Shown here: positions 1 through 6,730 of the stretch, in pieces
Position numbering within the stretch: position 1 is the stretch's first letter
Layout: the number at the start of each line of letters is the position of its first letter
Assembly: GCA_020354945.1 (NCBI GenBank)
Contig: CP070655.1
Location: 952,448 to 963,301, forward strand
Reading direction: 5' to 3'
Origin: Candidatus Omnitrophota bacterium
GTDB lineage: Bacteria > Omnitrophota > Gorgyraeia > JABMRG01 > JAFGKX01
Length of the DNA: 10,854 nt
Notes under the pieces: model-generated
Databases searched by the model: none
Told to the model about the DNA's origin: nothing
What the model saw: only the letters and a program-made list of their open reading frames with translations
Translations under genes and position numbers: made by a program

Positions 1-135
1 CATCTTTTTGATGTGAGAGAATTTTCAAAACGAGGCGTGATGCTTACCCCAGCAGTAATAATAGATGGCGAGATTGTAACCTCAGGCAAGATTCCTACTG
101 TTGATGAGTTAAAGGAGCTCGTTTCTAAGAAGTAA
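1..135 (+). CDS. 3' part of a small thioredoxin-family protein (MTH895/Thioredoxin_3-like redox-active disulfide protein), truncated by the window edge
   Basis: Not in the ORF track. Frame 1 reads HLFDVREFSKRGVMLTPAVIIDGEIVTSGKIPTVDELKELVSKK* (TAA 133-135). The GVMxTPAxxIDG...GKIP pattern is typical of the C-terminus of this family, which often lies next to ars genes. Confidence 0.8.
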   Translation, partial: HLFDVREFSKRGVMLTPAVIIDGEIVTSGKIPTVDELKELVSKK

Positions 136-147
136 ATAGGGGGTTTT

Positions 148-366
148 ATGCCGATATATGAATATTATTGTCAGGATTGCGAGAAAAAGTTCAATATAAA
201 GGCAACTATCCAAGAGAAGGGAAAGGGCCTAAAAGTAAATTGTCCAGAATGCGGGAGCGGCAAGGCAATTCAACTCTTAGGGAATTTCTTCACTTTTCCT
301 AAAGGTAAAGGTTCTAATTCTGGCGGTTGCTGCGGGACGAATTCAACTCCCGGCTGTTGTGGATAA
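148..366 (+). CDS. FmdB-family zinc-ribbon protein (CxxC...CxxC) with a Cys-rich tail
   Basis: MPIYEYYCQDC...CPECGS is the FmdB/CxxC_CxxC_SSSS signature. The tail is GGCCG...PGCCG. An SD-like AGGGGG lies just upstream of ATG 148. Confidence 0.85.
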   Translation: MPIYEYYCQDCEKKFNIKATIQEKGKGLKVNCPECGSGKAIQLLGNFFTFPKGKGSNSGGCCGTNSTPGCCG

Positions 367-396
367 TATAATTGCCGCAATGGAAGTTTTGAAAAA

Positions 397-1155
397 ATGG
401 AAGCTAAAAAGATAAAACAGGCCGTAAAAGAAAATTATGCAAAAATAGCCAAAGAAAATACATCATGCTGTCCTGCCTGTGCACCATGTGTGACCGACAT
501 AATAGAACAAGCCAGAGCCATTGGTTATTCGCAGGCAGAACTAAAGAGAATACCAAGCGAAGCTATTATGGGTTTGGGCTGTGGAAATCCTACTGCGTTA
601 GCAAATTTGAAACCCGGTGAGGTTGTTCTGGACCTGGGTGCAGGTGCCGGGATAGACGTTTTCCTGGCTGCTAATAAAGTTGGAGGAAAAGGCAGAGTGA
701 TTGGCATTGATATGACCCCGGAGATGATTCAAAGGGGCAAAGAGATTGCTAAAAAGAACGGATATAAGAATGTAGAATTCAAACTTGGCGAGATTGAAAT
801 TTTGCCTGTAGAGGATGAATCTATCGATGTCATACTAAGCAATTGTGTAATTAATCTCTCTCCGGATAAACTGAAGACCTATAAAGAAGCTTATCGCGCG
901 TTAAAGCCCAAGGGCAGGATATTAATTTCTGACTTGGTTGCAGAAGGTAAATTACCAAAAAAGATTAGGGAAAGTTTTGACGCTTGGACAGGATGTATTG
1001 CAGGAGCGTTGGATAAGAATAAATATCTTAAGACAATAAAACAAGCTGGTTTTAAGGACGTTAGGGTTGTCCATCAGGCATCATTTTACTATCAAGGAAT
1101 GCCCAAAGCGCTGAGAGGGAAAATCACAAGTATTAAAGTTAAAGCATATAAATAA
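397..1155 (+). CDS. arsM: Arsenite (As(III)) S-adenosylmethionine methyltransferase
   Basis: SAM motif VLDLGAGAGID. ArsM-type cysteine motifs: N-terminal SCC, GLGCGNP, SNCVINL and WTGCIAGA. Confidence 0.9.
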   Translation: MEAKKIKQAVKENYAKIAKENTSCCPACAPCVTDIIEQARAIGYSQAELKRIPSEAIMGLGCGNPTALANLKPGEVVLDLGAGAGIDVFLAANKVGGKGRVIGIDMTPEMIQRGKEIAKKNGYKNVEFKLGEIEILPVEDESIDVILSNCVINLSPDKLKTYKEAYRALKPKGRILISDLVAEGKLPKKIRESFDAWTGCIAGALDKNKYLKTIKQAGFKDVRVVHQASFYYQGMPKALRGKITSIKVKAYK

Positions 1156-1178
1156 TCTTGAGAATGTGCGTAAGGGGT

Positions 1179-1200
1179 GTGCCAAGGGAGATCTTGGCAC
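1179..1200 (+). other. Perfect 8-bp inverted repeat forming an RNA hairpin downstream of arsM
   Basis: GTGCCAAG (1179-1186) and CTTGGCAC (1193-1200) are exact reverse complements. A G-U pair (1187/1192) would close a GAGA GNRA tetraloop. No U-tract follows directly, so it is not a canonical intrinsic terminator. Confidence 0.6.
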
Positions 1201-1236
1201 GTGGTTAAGCAACTTACATGATCTCTTGCGTTTCTT

Positions 1237-1265
1237 TTGCCTTTTTGAGATGAAAGTGATATAAT
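1237..1265 (+). promoter_or_regulatory. Sigma70-type promoter for the membrane-protein gene
   Basis: TTGCCT (1237-1242), 17-bp spacer, TATAAT (1260-1265), with an extended -10 TG at 1257-1258. SD GAGG at 1275-1278 precedes ATG 1284. Confidence 0.7.
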
Positions 1266-1283
1266 CAAAAAAAAGAGGTTAAT

Positions 1284-1673
1284 ATGGAAACTCCGATATT
1301 TATCGCCAGGATTTTTGGCCTGTGTTATCTAATTATTGGAGCAGGTTTTATGTTTAACCGTAAGGCCTTTCAGAAGGTAATGGGCGATTTCTGTAAAAAT
1401 GCAGCACTGGTCTTTTATGGTGGCGTGCTTGCGCTTGTTATTGGAGTTGTAATTATCCTAACCCATAATGTATGGGCGGCTAACTGGACTGTAATAATTA
1501 CAATCATAGGTTGGCTAGCACTCATCAAAGGTATATGGATAATTGTCTTTCCAAATACGGTGTCCAAATTCATGCAAGCTTACCAGAGAAACAAAAGCCT
1601 GCTAATGGTTCATTCAATTTTTGTGCTTATCTTTGGCGCTGTTCTGACCTTTTTTGGATTTTTTGCAGGATAG
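1284..1673 (+). CDS. Small integral membrane protein of unknown function (about 4 TM helices)
   Basis: 129 aa with four hydrophobic stretches and the motif HNVW...W..IITIIGWLALIKG...FP. It has a good SD and its own promoter. Confidence 0.8.
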   Translation: METPIFIARIFGLCYLIIGAGFMFNRKAFQKVMGDFCKNAALVFYGGVLALVIGVVIILTHNVWAANWTVIITIIGWLALIKGIWIIVFPNTVSKFMQAYQRNKSLLMVHSIFVLIFGAVLTFFGFFAG

Positions 1674-1678
1674 AGCGC

Positions 1679-1707
1679 TTTACGTAATAGCAAATTCTTT
1701 ATATAAT
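1679..1707 (+). promoter_or_regulatory. Sigma70-type promoter driving a short leader or sRNA
   Basis: TTTACG (1679-1684), 17-bp spacer, perfect TATAAT (1702-1707). The predicted start is near 1714. The -10 box is bracketed by the inverted repeat AGCAAAT-N14-ATTTGCT. Confidence 0.55.
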
Positions 1708-1713
1708 TTATTT

Positions 1714-1821
1714 GCTTCTGTAAGGCAATACGCACTAAACTCCTCCAAGAAGCTACGAAAACCGTCTGATTGGGGGAGCCAGCATTTAACAGCCCCAAGC
1801 AGATTTTGCTTGGGGTTTTTT
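1714..1821 (+). ncRNA. Candidate structured RNA (riboswitch/attenuator leader or stand-alone sRNA), family not recognised
   Basis: Lies between a predicted promoter and an intrinsic terminator. It has a 9-bp stem CTCCTCCAA (1740-1748)/TTGGGGGAG (1770-1778) whose 3' strand can alternatively pair with the terminator 5' strand CCCCAA (1793-1798). No convincing + strand ORF overlaps it. Confidence 0.4.
1792..1821 (+). terminator. Rho-independent terminator
   Basis: Stem GCCCCAAGCA (1792-1801)/TGCTTGGGGT (1807-1816) with a 5-nt loop, then a T run at 1816-1821. Confidence 0.85.
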
Positions 1822-1891
1822 AGTTTACGGAGTATAATCTTAGCATAAATATCGCCATGATGAAACTAAACCTTATTAGACAAAAAAATTC

Positions 1892-1919
1892 TTTAAAATT
1901 TTAACGAATTATGTATAAT
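1892..1919 (+). promoter_or_regulatory. Possible sigma70-type promoter directly upstream of mdh
   Basis: TTTAAA (1892-1897), 16-bp spacer, TATAAT (1914-1919), with an upstream A-tract. The region is AT-rich, so a chance match is possible. Confidence 0.45.
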
Positions 1920-1965
1920 TAAATACTAAATACGGATCGGTTGAAAGGATTTGGAAGGAGCTGTT

Positions 1966-2898
1966 ATGAAAAACAAGGTATCTGTAATTGGCGCCGGAAG
2001 AGTAGGAGCCACTGCAGCCCAGTATATTGCTGAAGATGAACTGGCTGATGTGGTAATGGTAGATATTGTAGAGGGTTTGCCTCAGGGAAAATCCCTGGAT
2101 CTTCTGGAGGCCGGCCCGATTAGGGGATTTGATAGTATCCTATCAGGAAGCAACGATTATAAAGATACCGCTAATTCAGATATTGTAGTTATCGCTGCCG
2201 GGCTGGCTAGAAAACCAGGCATGAGCAGGGAAGAGCTATTAATGAAAAATTCTGAAATTATTAAATCTATTACCGACAAGGTGGTTAAGGAATCTCCCAA
2301 TTGTATTATTATAGTGGTTAGTAACCCCTTAGATGTTATGACCTATTTATGCTGGAAACTCAGCGGATTTTCACCAAAAAGGGTATTGGGCATGGCCGGC
2401 ACCTTAGACTCTGCTCGGTTCAGGGCATTTGTGGCTAAGGAATTGAATGTTTCTGTAAAAGATACCCAGGCCCTTGTATTAGGCGGGCATGGCGATTCTA
2501 TGGTTCCTTTGCCTAGATACTGCACTGTTTGCGGGATACCAATAACAGAATTAATCCCAAAAAAAAGAATAGACAGCATTGTGGAAAGGACCCGAAAGGC
2601 CGGCGGAGAGATAGTTGATTATCTTAAGACAGGGAGCGCCTACTATTCCCCCGGCGCTTGCGCAGCGGAAATGGTTGAGGTAATATTAAAAGACAAGAAA
2701 CGCCTGCTGCCATGCGCGGCATATTTAAACGGTGAATATGGGTTGAAAGACGTTTATGTAGGGGTTCCCGTAATTTTAGGCGCTTCCGGGGCAGAGAGAA
2801 TCGTAGAAGTAGACCTGACAAAAGAAGAGAAGAATGCATTACATGCCTCTGCAGAGATAGTGAAAAAGAATATAGCAAAATTAGGAGAATGTGTATGA
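1966..2898 (+). CDS. mdh: Malate dehydrogenase (LDH-like, NAD-dependent)
   Basis: Rossmann motif GAGRVG, VDIVEG, substrate loop [11 protein letters not shown] (Arg specifying malate), LDSARF and GGHGD. The start was moved from TTG 1951 to ATG 1966 because SD GAAGGAG sits at 1954-1960. Confidence 0.95.
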   Translation: MKNKVSVIGAGRVGATAAQYIAEDELADVVMVDIVEGLPQGKSLDLLEAGPIRGFDSILSGSNDYKDTANSDIVVIAAGLARKPGMSREELLMKNSEIIKSITDKVVKESPNCIIIVVSNPLDVMTYLCWKLSGFSPKRVLGMAGTLDSARFRAFVAKELNVSVKDTQALVLGGHGDSMVPLPRYCTVCGIPITELIPKKRIDSIVERTRKAGGEIVDYLKTGSAYYSPGACAAEMVEVILKDKKRLLPCAAYLNGEYGLKDVYVGVPVILGASGAERIVEVDLTKEEKNALHASAEIVKKNIAKLGECV

Positions 2899-4139
2899 TG
2901 AAGTTTGATAAGATCCGGATTCCAAAAAAAGGTGAAAGGATAGAGGTTCGAGACAATAAACTTTCTGTGCCGGATAATCCTATTGTACCATTTATTGAAG
3001 GAGATGGAGTTGGCCCGGATATTATGAGAGCATCACGCAGGGTGTGGGACGCTGCAGTTGAGAGGGCCTATAAGGGAAAAAGGAAAATCCTCTGGTGCGA
3101 AATATATGCAGGCCAGAAAGCTAAAGGCATATACGGTGAGGTCTTACCGAAAGATACCATAAATGCCATTGGACATTTTATCGTAGCTATTAAAGGGCCT
3201 TTGATAACTCCGGTTGGCGGTGGATATAGAAGCCTCAATGTGGCTATGCGCCAGACCCTGGATCTATATGCCTGCGTAAGGCCAGTAAAATATTATTCAG
3301 GGGTGCCAAGTCCCGTAATCCACCCGGAGAAAATGGATATGGTTATAGTTAGAGAGAATACAGAGGATGTCTATGCCGGGATTGAGTGGCCGCAGGGAAG
3401 TTCTGAAGCAAAGAAGGTTATCTCGTATTTGAATAATGAATTTGGCGCAAAGATTAGAGAAGATTCCGGAATAGGAGTAAAACCTATAAGTATATACGCT
3501 ACTAAACGCCTGGTAAAAAAGGCCGTTAAGTATGCCATAGATAAAAAAAGAAAGAGTGTAACACTGGTTCATAAAGGCAATATTATGAAGTTTACCGAAG
3601 GCGCTTTCAGGGATTGGGGCTATGAGGTGGCTAAAGAAGAATTTGGCGACAAGACTATTACCGAGACGCAGCTTTGGGAAGAGTATAATGACAGGATACC
3701 TGAAGGAAAGATTCTGATTAATGATAGAATAGCCGATAGTATGTTTCAGCAGATTCTGACCAGGGCAGATGAATATGATGTTATTGCCCTGCCTAACTTA
3801 AATGGCGACTATCTCTCTGATGCCTGCGCAGCCCAGGTGGGCGGCTTGGGGATGGCTCCCGGCGGCAATATTGGAGACTTTGTAGCTCTTTTTGAAGCCT
3901 GTCATGGCGCAGCGCCTAAATATGCCAATATGGATAAGGTGAACCCAAGCGCCCTTATACTTTCCGGCGTGATGATGATGGATTATCTTGGCTGGGATGA
4001 TGCAGCGAGGCAGGTTGAGAAAGCCCTGGAGGCGGCCATAAAAGGAAAAAAGGTAACCTATGACCTTCATAGATTAATGAAAGGAGCCACTTTATTAAAA
4101 ACATCTGAATTTGCCTCAGCTGTAATTGAGAATATATAA
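2895..4139 (+). CDS. icd: NADP-dependent isocitrate dehydrogenase (E. coli-type homodimeric)
   Basis: Motifs [40 protein letters not shown] and [13 protein letters not shown] determinants are in HGAAPKY...KVNP and VTYDLHR. SD AGGAG at 2883-2887 favours ATG 2895, an ATGA overlap with the mdh stop. Confidence 0.95.
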   Translation: MMKFDKIRIPKKGERIEVRDNKLSVPDNPIVPFIEGDGVGPDIMRASRRVWDAAVERAYKGKRKILWCEIYAGQKAKGIYGEVLPKDTINAIGHFIVAIKGPLITPVGGGYRSLNVAMRQTLDLYACVRPVKYYSGVPSPVIHPEKMDMVIVRENTEDVYAGIEWPQGSSEAKKVISYLNNEFGAKIREDSGIGVKPISIYATKRLVKKAVKYAIDKKRKSVTLVHKGNIMKFTEGAFRDWGYEVAKEEFGDKTITETQLWEEYNDRIPEGKILINDRIADSMFQQILTRADEYDVIALPNLNGDYLSDACAAQVGGLGMAPGGNIGDFVALFEACHGAAPKYANMDKVNPSALILSGVMMMDYLGWDDAARQVEKALEAAIKGKKVTYDLHRLMKGATLLKTSEFASAVIENI

Positions 4140-4981
4140 TGAGAAAGATAGATACCCAAAAGATTACCGAAGTAGTTAAAAGATTATGCATGGAGGCAAA
4201 CTACTATTTAGGTGATGATATTGTGAAAGCACTCAAGAAGGCACAAAGAATAGAAGAATCTCCTATTGGCAAGGAAATTATAAAACAAATATTGGAAAAT
4301 TCTCAGATTGCCAGGAAAGAAAAACTACCAATATGCCAGGATACGGGTTTTGTGGTAGTCTTTTTAGAATTGGGGCAAAAGATAAATATTACAGGCGGCG
4401 AGCTTTATGAGGCTATAAACGAAGGGGTAAGGCAGGGATACAGGTCAGGATTTTTGCGAAACTCTATTGTTAAAGACCCTTTAAAAAGAGAGAATACCGG
4501 CGATAATACCCCGGCAGTGATTCATACTGAAATAGTAGCGGGAGATAAATTAAAGATAACGGTTGCTCCTAAGGGTTGCGGCAGTGAGAATATGAGTGAA
4601 ATTAAAATGATGAGTCCTTCGGATGGAATTTGCAGAGTAGTAGATTTTGTAGTTGATAGGGTGAATCGCTCCGGCGGAAATCCCTGTCCCCCAATTATAG
4701 TTGGGGTAGGAATTGGGGGAACATTTGAAAAATGTGCCCAGCTGGCAAAGCAGGCTTTATTAAGAACCGTAGGAATAAGGAATCCCGATTCCTTTTACGC
4801 CGATTTGGAGAAAAGGCTCCTAGAGAAGATAAATAATTTAGGCATAGGCCCGATGGGATTAGGGGGAAGAGTAACCGCCCTGGATGTGTTTGTAGAAACA
4901 TACCCTTGCCATATAGCCGGTTTGCCTGTGGCAGTGAATATCCAGTGCCACGCTGCCAGGCATAAGGAAGCAGTGATATAA
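4139..4981 (+). CDS. Class I fumarate hydratase / tartrate dehydratase family Fe-S hydro-lyase, alpha subunit
   Basis: Cluster-ligand motifs ICQDTG, NPCPP and IQCHAAR, plus KGCGSEN. TAATG overlap with icd. The mdh neighbourhood favours fumarase. Confidence 0.9.
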   Translation: MRKIDTQKITEVVKRLCMEANYYLGDDIVKALKKAQRIEESPIGKEIIKQILENSQIARKEKLPICQDTGFVVVFLELGQKINITGGELYEAINEGVRQGYRSGFLRNSIVKDPLKRENTGDNTPAVIHTEIVAGDKLKITVAPKGCGSENMSEIKMMSPSDGICRVVDFVVDRVNRSGGNPCPPIIVGVGIGGTFEKCAQLAKQALLRTVGIRNPDSFYADLEKRLLEKINNLGIGPMGLGGRVTALDVFVETYPCHIAGLPVAVNIQCHAARHKEAVI

Positions 4982-5527
4982 ATGATAAAACTTACTACGC
5001 CTGTTACTAATAATGATATAGAAAAATTAAAAATAGGAGATAATGTGCTATTAAGCGGGCTAATATACACAAGTAGAGATGCAGCCCATAAGAGATTAAA
5101 AGGACTTCTGGATAAGGGGGAAGAGTTGCCGATTGACATTAGGGGCCAGATGATATATTATGTAGGCCCGACTCCGGCAAGGCCGGGTAAGATAATCGGT
5201 TCTGCCGGCCCTACTACCAGCTACAGGATAGATCCTTATGCTCCTCCCCTTCTTGCTAAAGGCTTAAAAGGTATGATAGGAAAAGGGCCTCGCGGCGAGG
5301 AAGTAATCGAGGCGCTTAAAAGATATAAGGCTGTTTATTTTGTTGCAGTCGGCGGTGCAGGAGCTCTAATTGCTAAATGCATAAAAAAGGCAAGTATTGT
5401 TGCTTATCCGGATTTAGGCCCGGAGGCTATACGCTGTTTAGAAGTCAAGAATCTCCCTTTAATCGTAGCAAATGATTGTTACGGTCAGGATTTATTTAAG
5501 GAAGGAGTGAAAAGATACCGAAAATGA
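4982..5527 (+). CDS. Class I fumarate hydratase / tartrate dehydratase family Fe-S hydro-lyase, beta subunit
   Basis: Motifs TSRDAAHKR, GPTTSYR, MIGKG, GGAGAL and DLGPEA. It starts immediately after the alpha-subunit stop. Confidence 0.9.
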   Translation: MIKLTTPVTNNDIEKLKIGDNVLLSGLIYTSRDAAHKRLKGLLDKGEELPIDIRGQMIYYVGPTPARPGKIIGSAGPTTSYRIDPYAPPLLAKGLKGMIGKGPRGEEVIEALKRYKAVYFVAVGGAGALIAKCIKKASIVAYPDLGPEAIRCLEVKNLPLIVANDCYGQDLFKEGVKRYRK

Positions 5528-6717
5528 TGTCTTTAGCAAAAAGGGCAAAAAACATTACCGCTTCTCCTACCCTGGCCATATCAGCCAAGGCGAAGGAAAT
5601 GCGAAAAAAAGGAGTAGAGGTTATTAATTTTAGCGCAGGAGAACCGGACTTTGATACCCCTGCCTTTATCAAACAAACGGCTATCTCTGCCATAGAAGAG
5701 GGTTTTACCAAGTATACCCCGGCTTCAGGAATAAATGAATTAAAAGAAGCAGTAATAGCCAAGCTTCATAGAGATAATAACCTTGATTATAGCATCAATC
5801 AGGTGATTGTATCTTGCGGCGCAAAGCATTCTATATACAACTGTCTGCAGGCAATATGCAATCCCGGCGATGAGGTAATTATATTTTCCCCTTATTGGGT
5901 AAGTTATCCGGAAATGATAAAATTGGCAGGGGCTCAACCCATTGTTGTAAACACCAAAGAGGAGGATGGATTCCTGCCCTCGGTTTCTTCTCTGGCATCG
6001 GCTATTTCTAAAAAGAGTAAAGCTATGATTATTAACAGCCCATGCAATCCCTGCGGTTGTGTATATCCGGGGAAATTGTTAAGGGAAATATCTAAATTTG
6101 CTCTAAAGAATAATTTATTGGTAATTTCTGACGAGATATATGAGAAAATAATCTTTGATTCTAACAAGCACATTAGCATCGCTTCTTTAGGAGAAGATAT
6201 AAAAAATCGCACTCTGGTTATAAACGGGGTATCCAAGACTTATGCCATGACAGGATGGAGAATTGGTTATACGGCCGGGCCTGCTGATATTATAAAGGCC
6301 ATGTCAAATATTCAGTCGCATTCAACCTCAAACCCGAACTCTATTGCCCAAAAAGCCAGCGCAGAGGCTTTAAAGTGCGCTCAGGGAGAAGTTTCAAAAA
6401 TGGTGGCAGAGTTTGAAAGAAGAAGGAATTTTATAGTGGAAAGATTAAAAACATTTGATAGAATTAGTTTTCACAAGCCGGATGGCGCGTTTTATCTGTT
6501 TTTAAATATCGGTTCTTTTTTTGGCCAAAGGCTGAAAGCAAGAGACATTAAAAATTCTGTGGATTTCGCCGATTATTTATTAGAACAAGGGAAGGTAGCA
6601 GTAGTGCCCGGGTCTGCCTTTGGAGCAGATAGATATATCCGCATATCCTTCGCAACTTCCATAGAGGATTTAGGCAAGGGATTAGACAGGATAGAAACTG
6701 CGGTGTTTAAAAATTGA
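5524..6717 (+). CDS. aspC: PLP-dependent class I aminotransferase, probably aspartate aminotransferase (subgroup Ib)
   Basis: Motifs GEPDF, GAKHS (Lys associated with acidic substrates in subgroup Ib), NSPCNPCG, SDEIY and the PLP lysine motif SKTYAMTGWRIG. ATGA overlap with the previous gene. The start could be 5524 or 5527. Confidence 0.88.
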   Translation: MMSLAKRAKNITASPTLAISAKAKEMRKKGVEVINFSAGEPDFDTPAFIKQTAISAIEEGFTKYTPASGINELKEAVIAKLHRDNNLDYSINQVIVSCGAKHSIYNCLQAICNPGDEVIIFSPYWVSYPEMIKLAGAQPIVVNTKEEDGFLPSVSSLASAISKKSKAMIINSPCNPCGCVYPGKLLREISKFALKNNLLVISDEIYEKIIFDSNKHISIASLGEDIKNRTLVINGVSKTYAMTGWRIGYTAGPADIIKAMSNIQSHSTSNPNSIAQKASAEALKCAQGEVSKMVAEFERRRNFIVERLKTFDRISFHKPDGAFYLFLNIGSFFGQRLKARDIKNSVDFADYLLEQGKVAVVPGSAFGADRYIRISFATSIEDLGKGLDRIETAVFKN

Positions 6718-6730
6718 GAAAGGTAAGAAA

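Noticed and set aside
371-404. Short repeat AATGGAAG (twice) and the small palindrome ATTGC-C-GCAAT before arsM, with an out-of-frame ATG at 380
   Set aside because: Too short to be significant, and arsM is intact from 397.
1784-1830. ATTTAAC followed by a hairpin, resembling an integron attC inverse core
   Set aside because: There is no matching GTTRRRY core, integrase or cassette array. An intrinsic terminator explains the hairpin.
1810-1838. Third TATAAT (1833-1838) with TTGGGG 17 bp upstream
   Set aside because: The -35 match is weak and is part of the terminator stem. It cannot be told apart from chance in AT-rich DNA.
1654-1848. 64-aa + strand ORF in the ORF track
   Set aside because: It has a non-ATG start inside the upstream gene, no SD and no recognisable motif, and it runs through a strong terminator.
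1951-1965. TTG start for mdh given by the ORF track
   Set aside because: This stretch contains the SD (GAAGGAG). ATG 1966 gives the normal MDH N-terminus.
2896-6717. TGA stops as possible selenocysteine codons or recoding
   Set aside because: The TGA codons fall at the expected protein ends, two of them in ATGA overlaps. None sits at a conserved Cys position.
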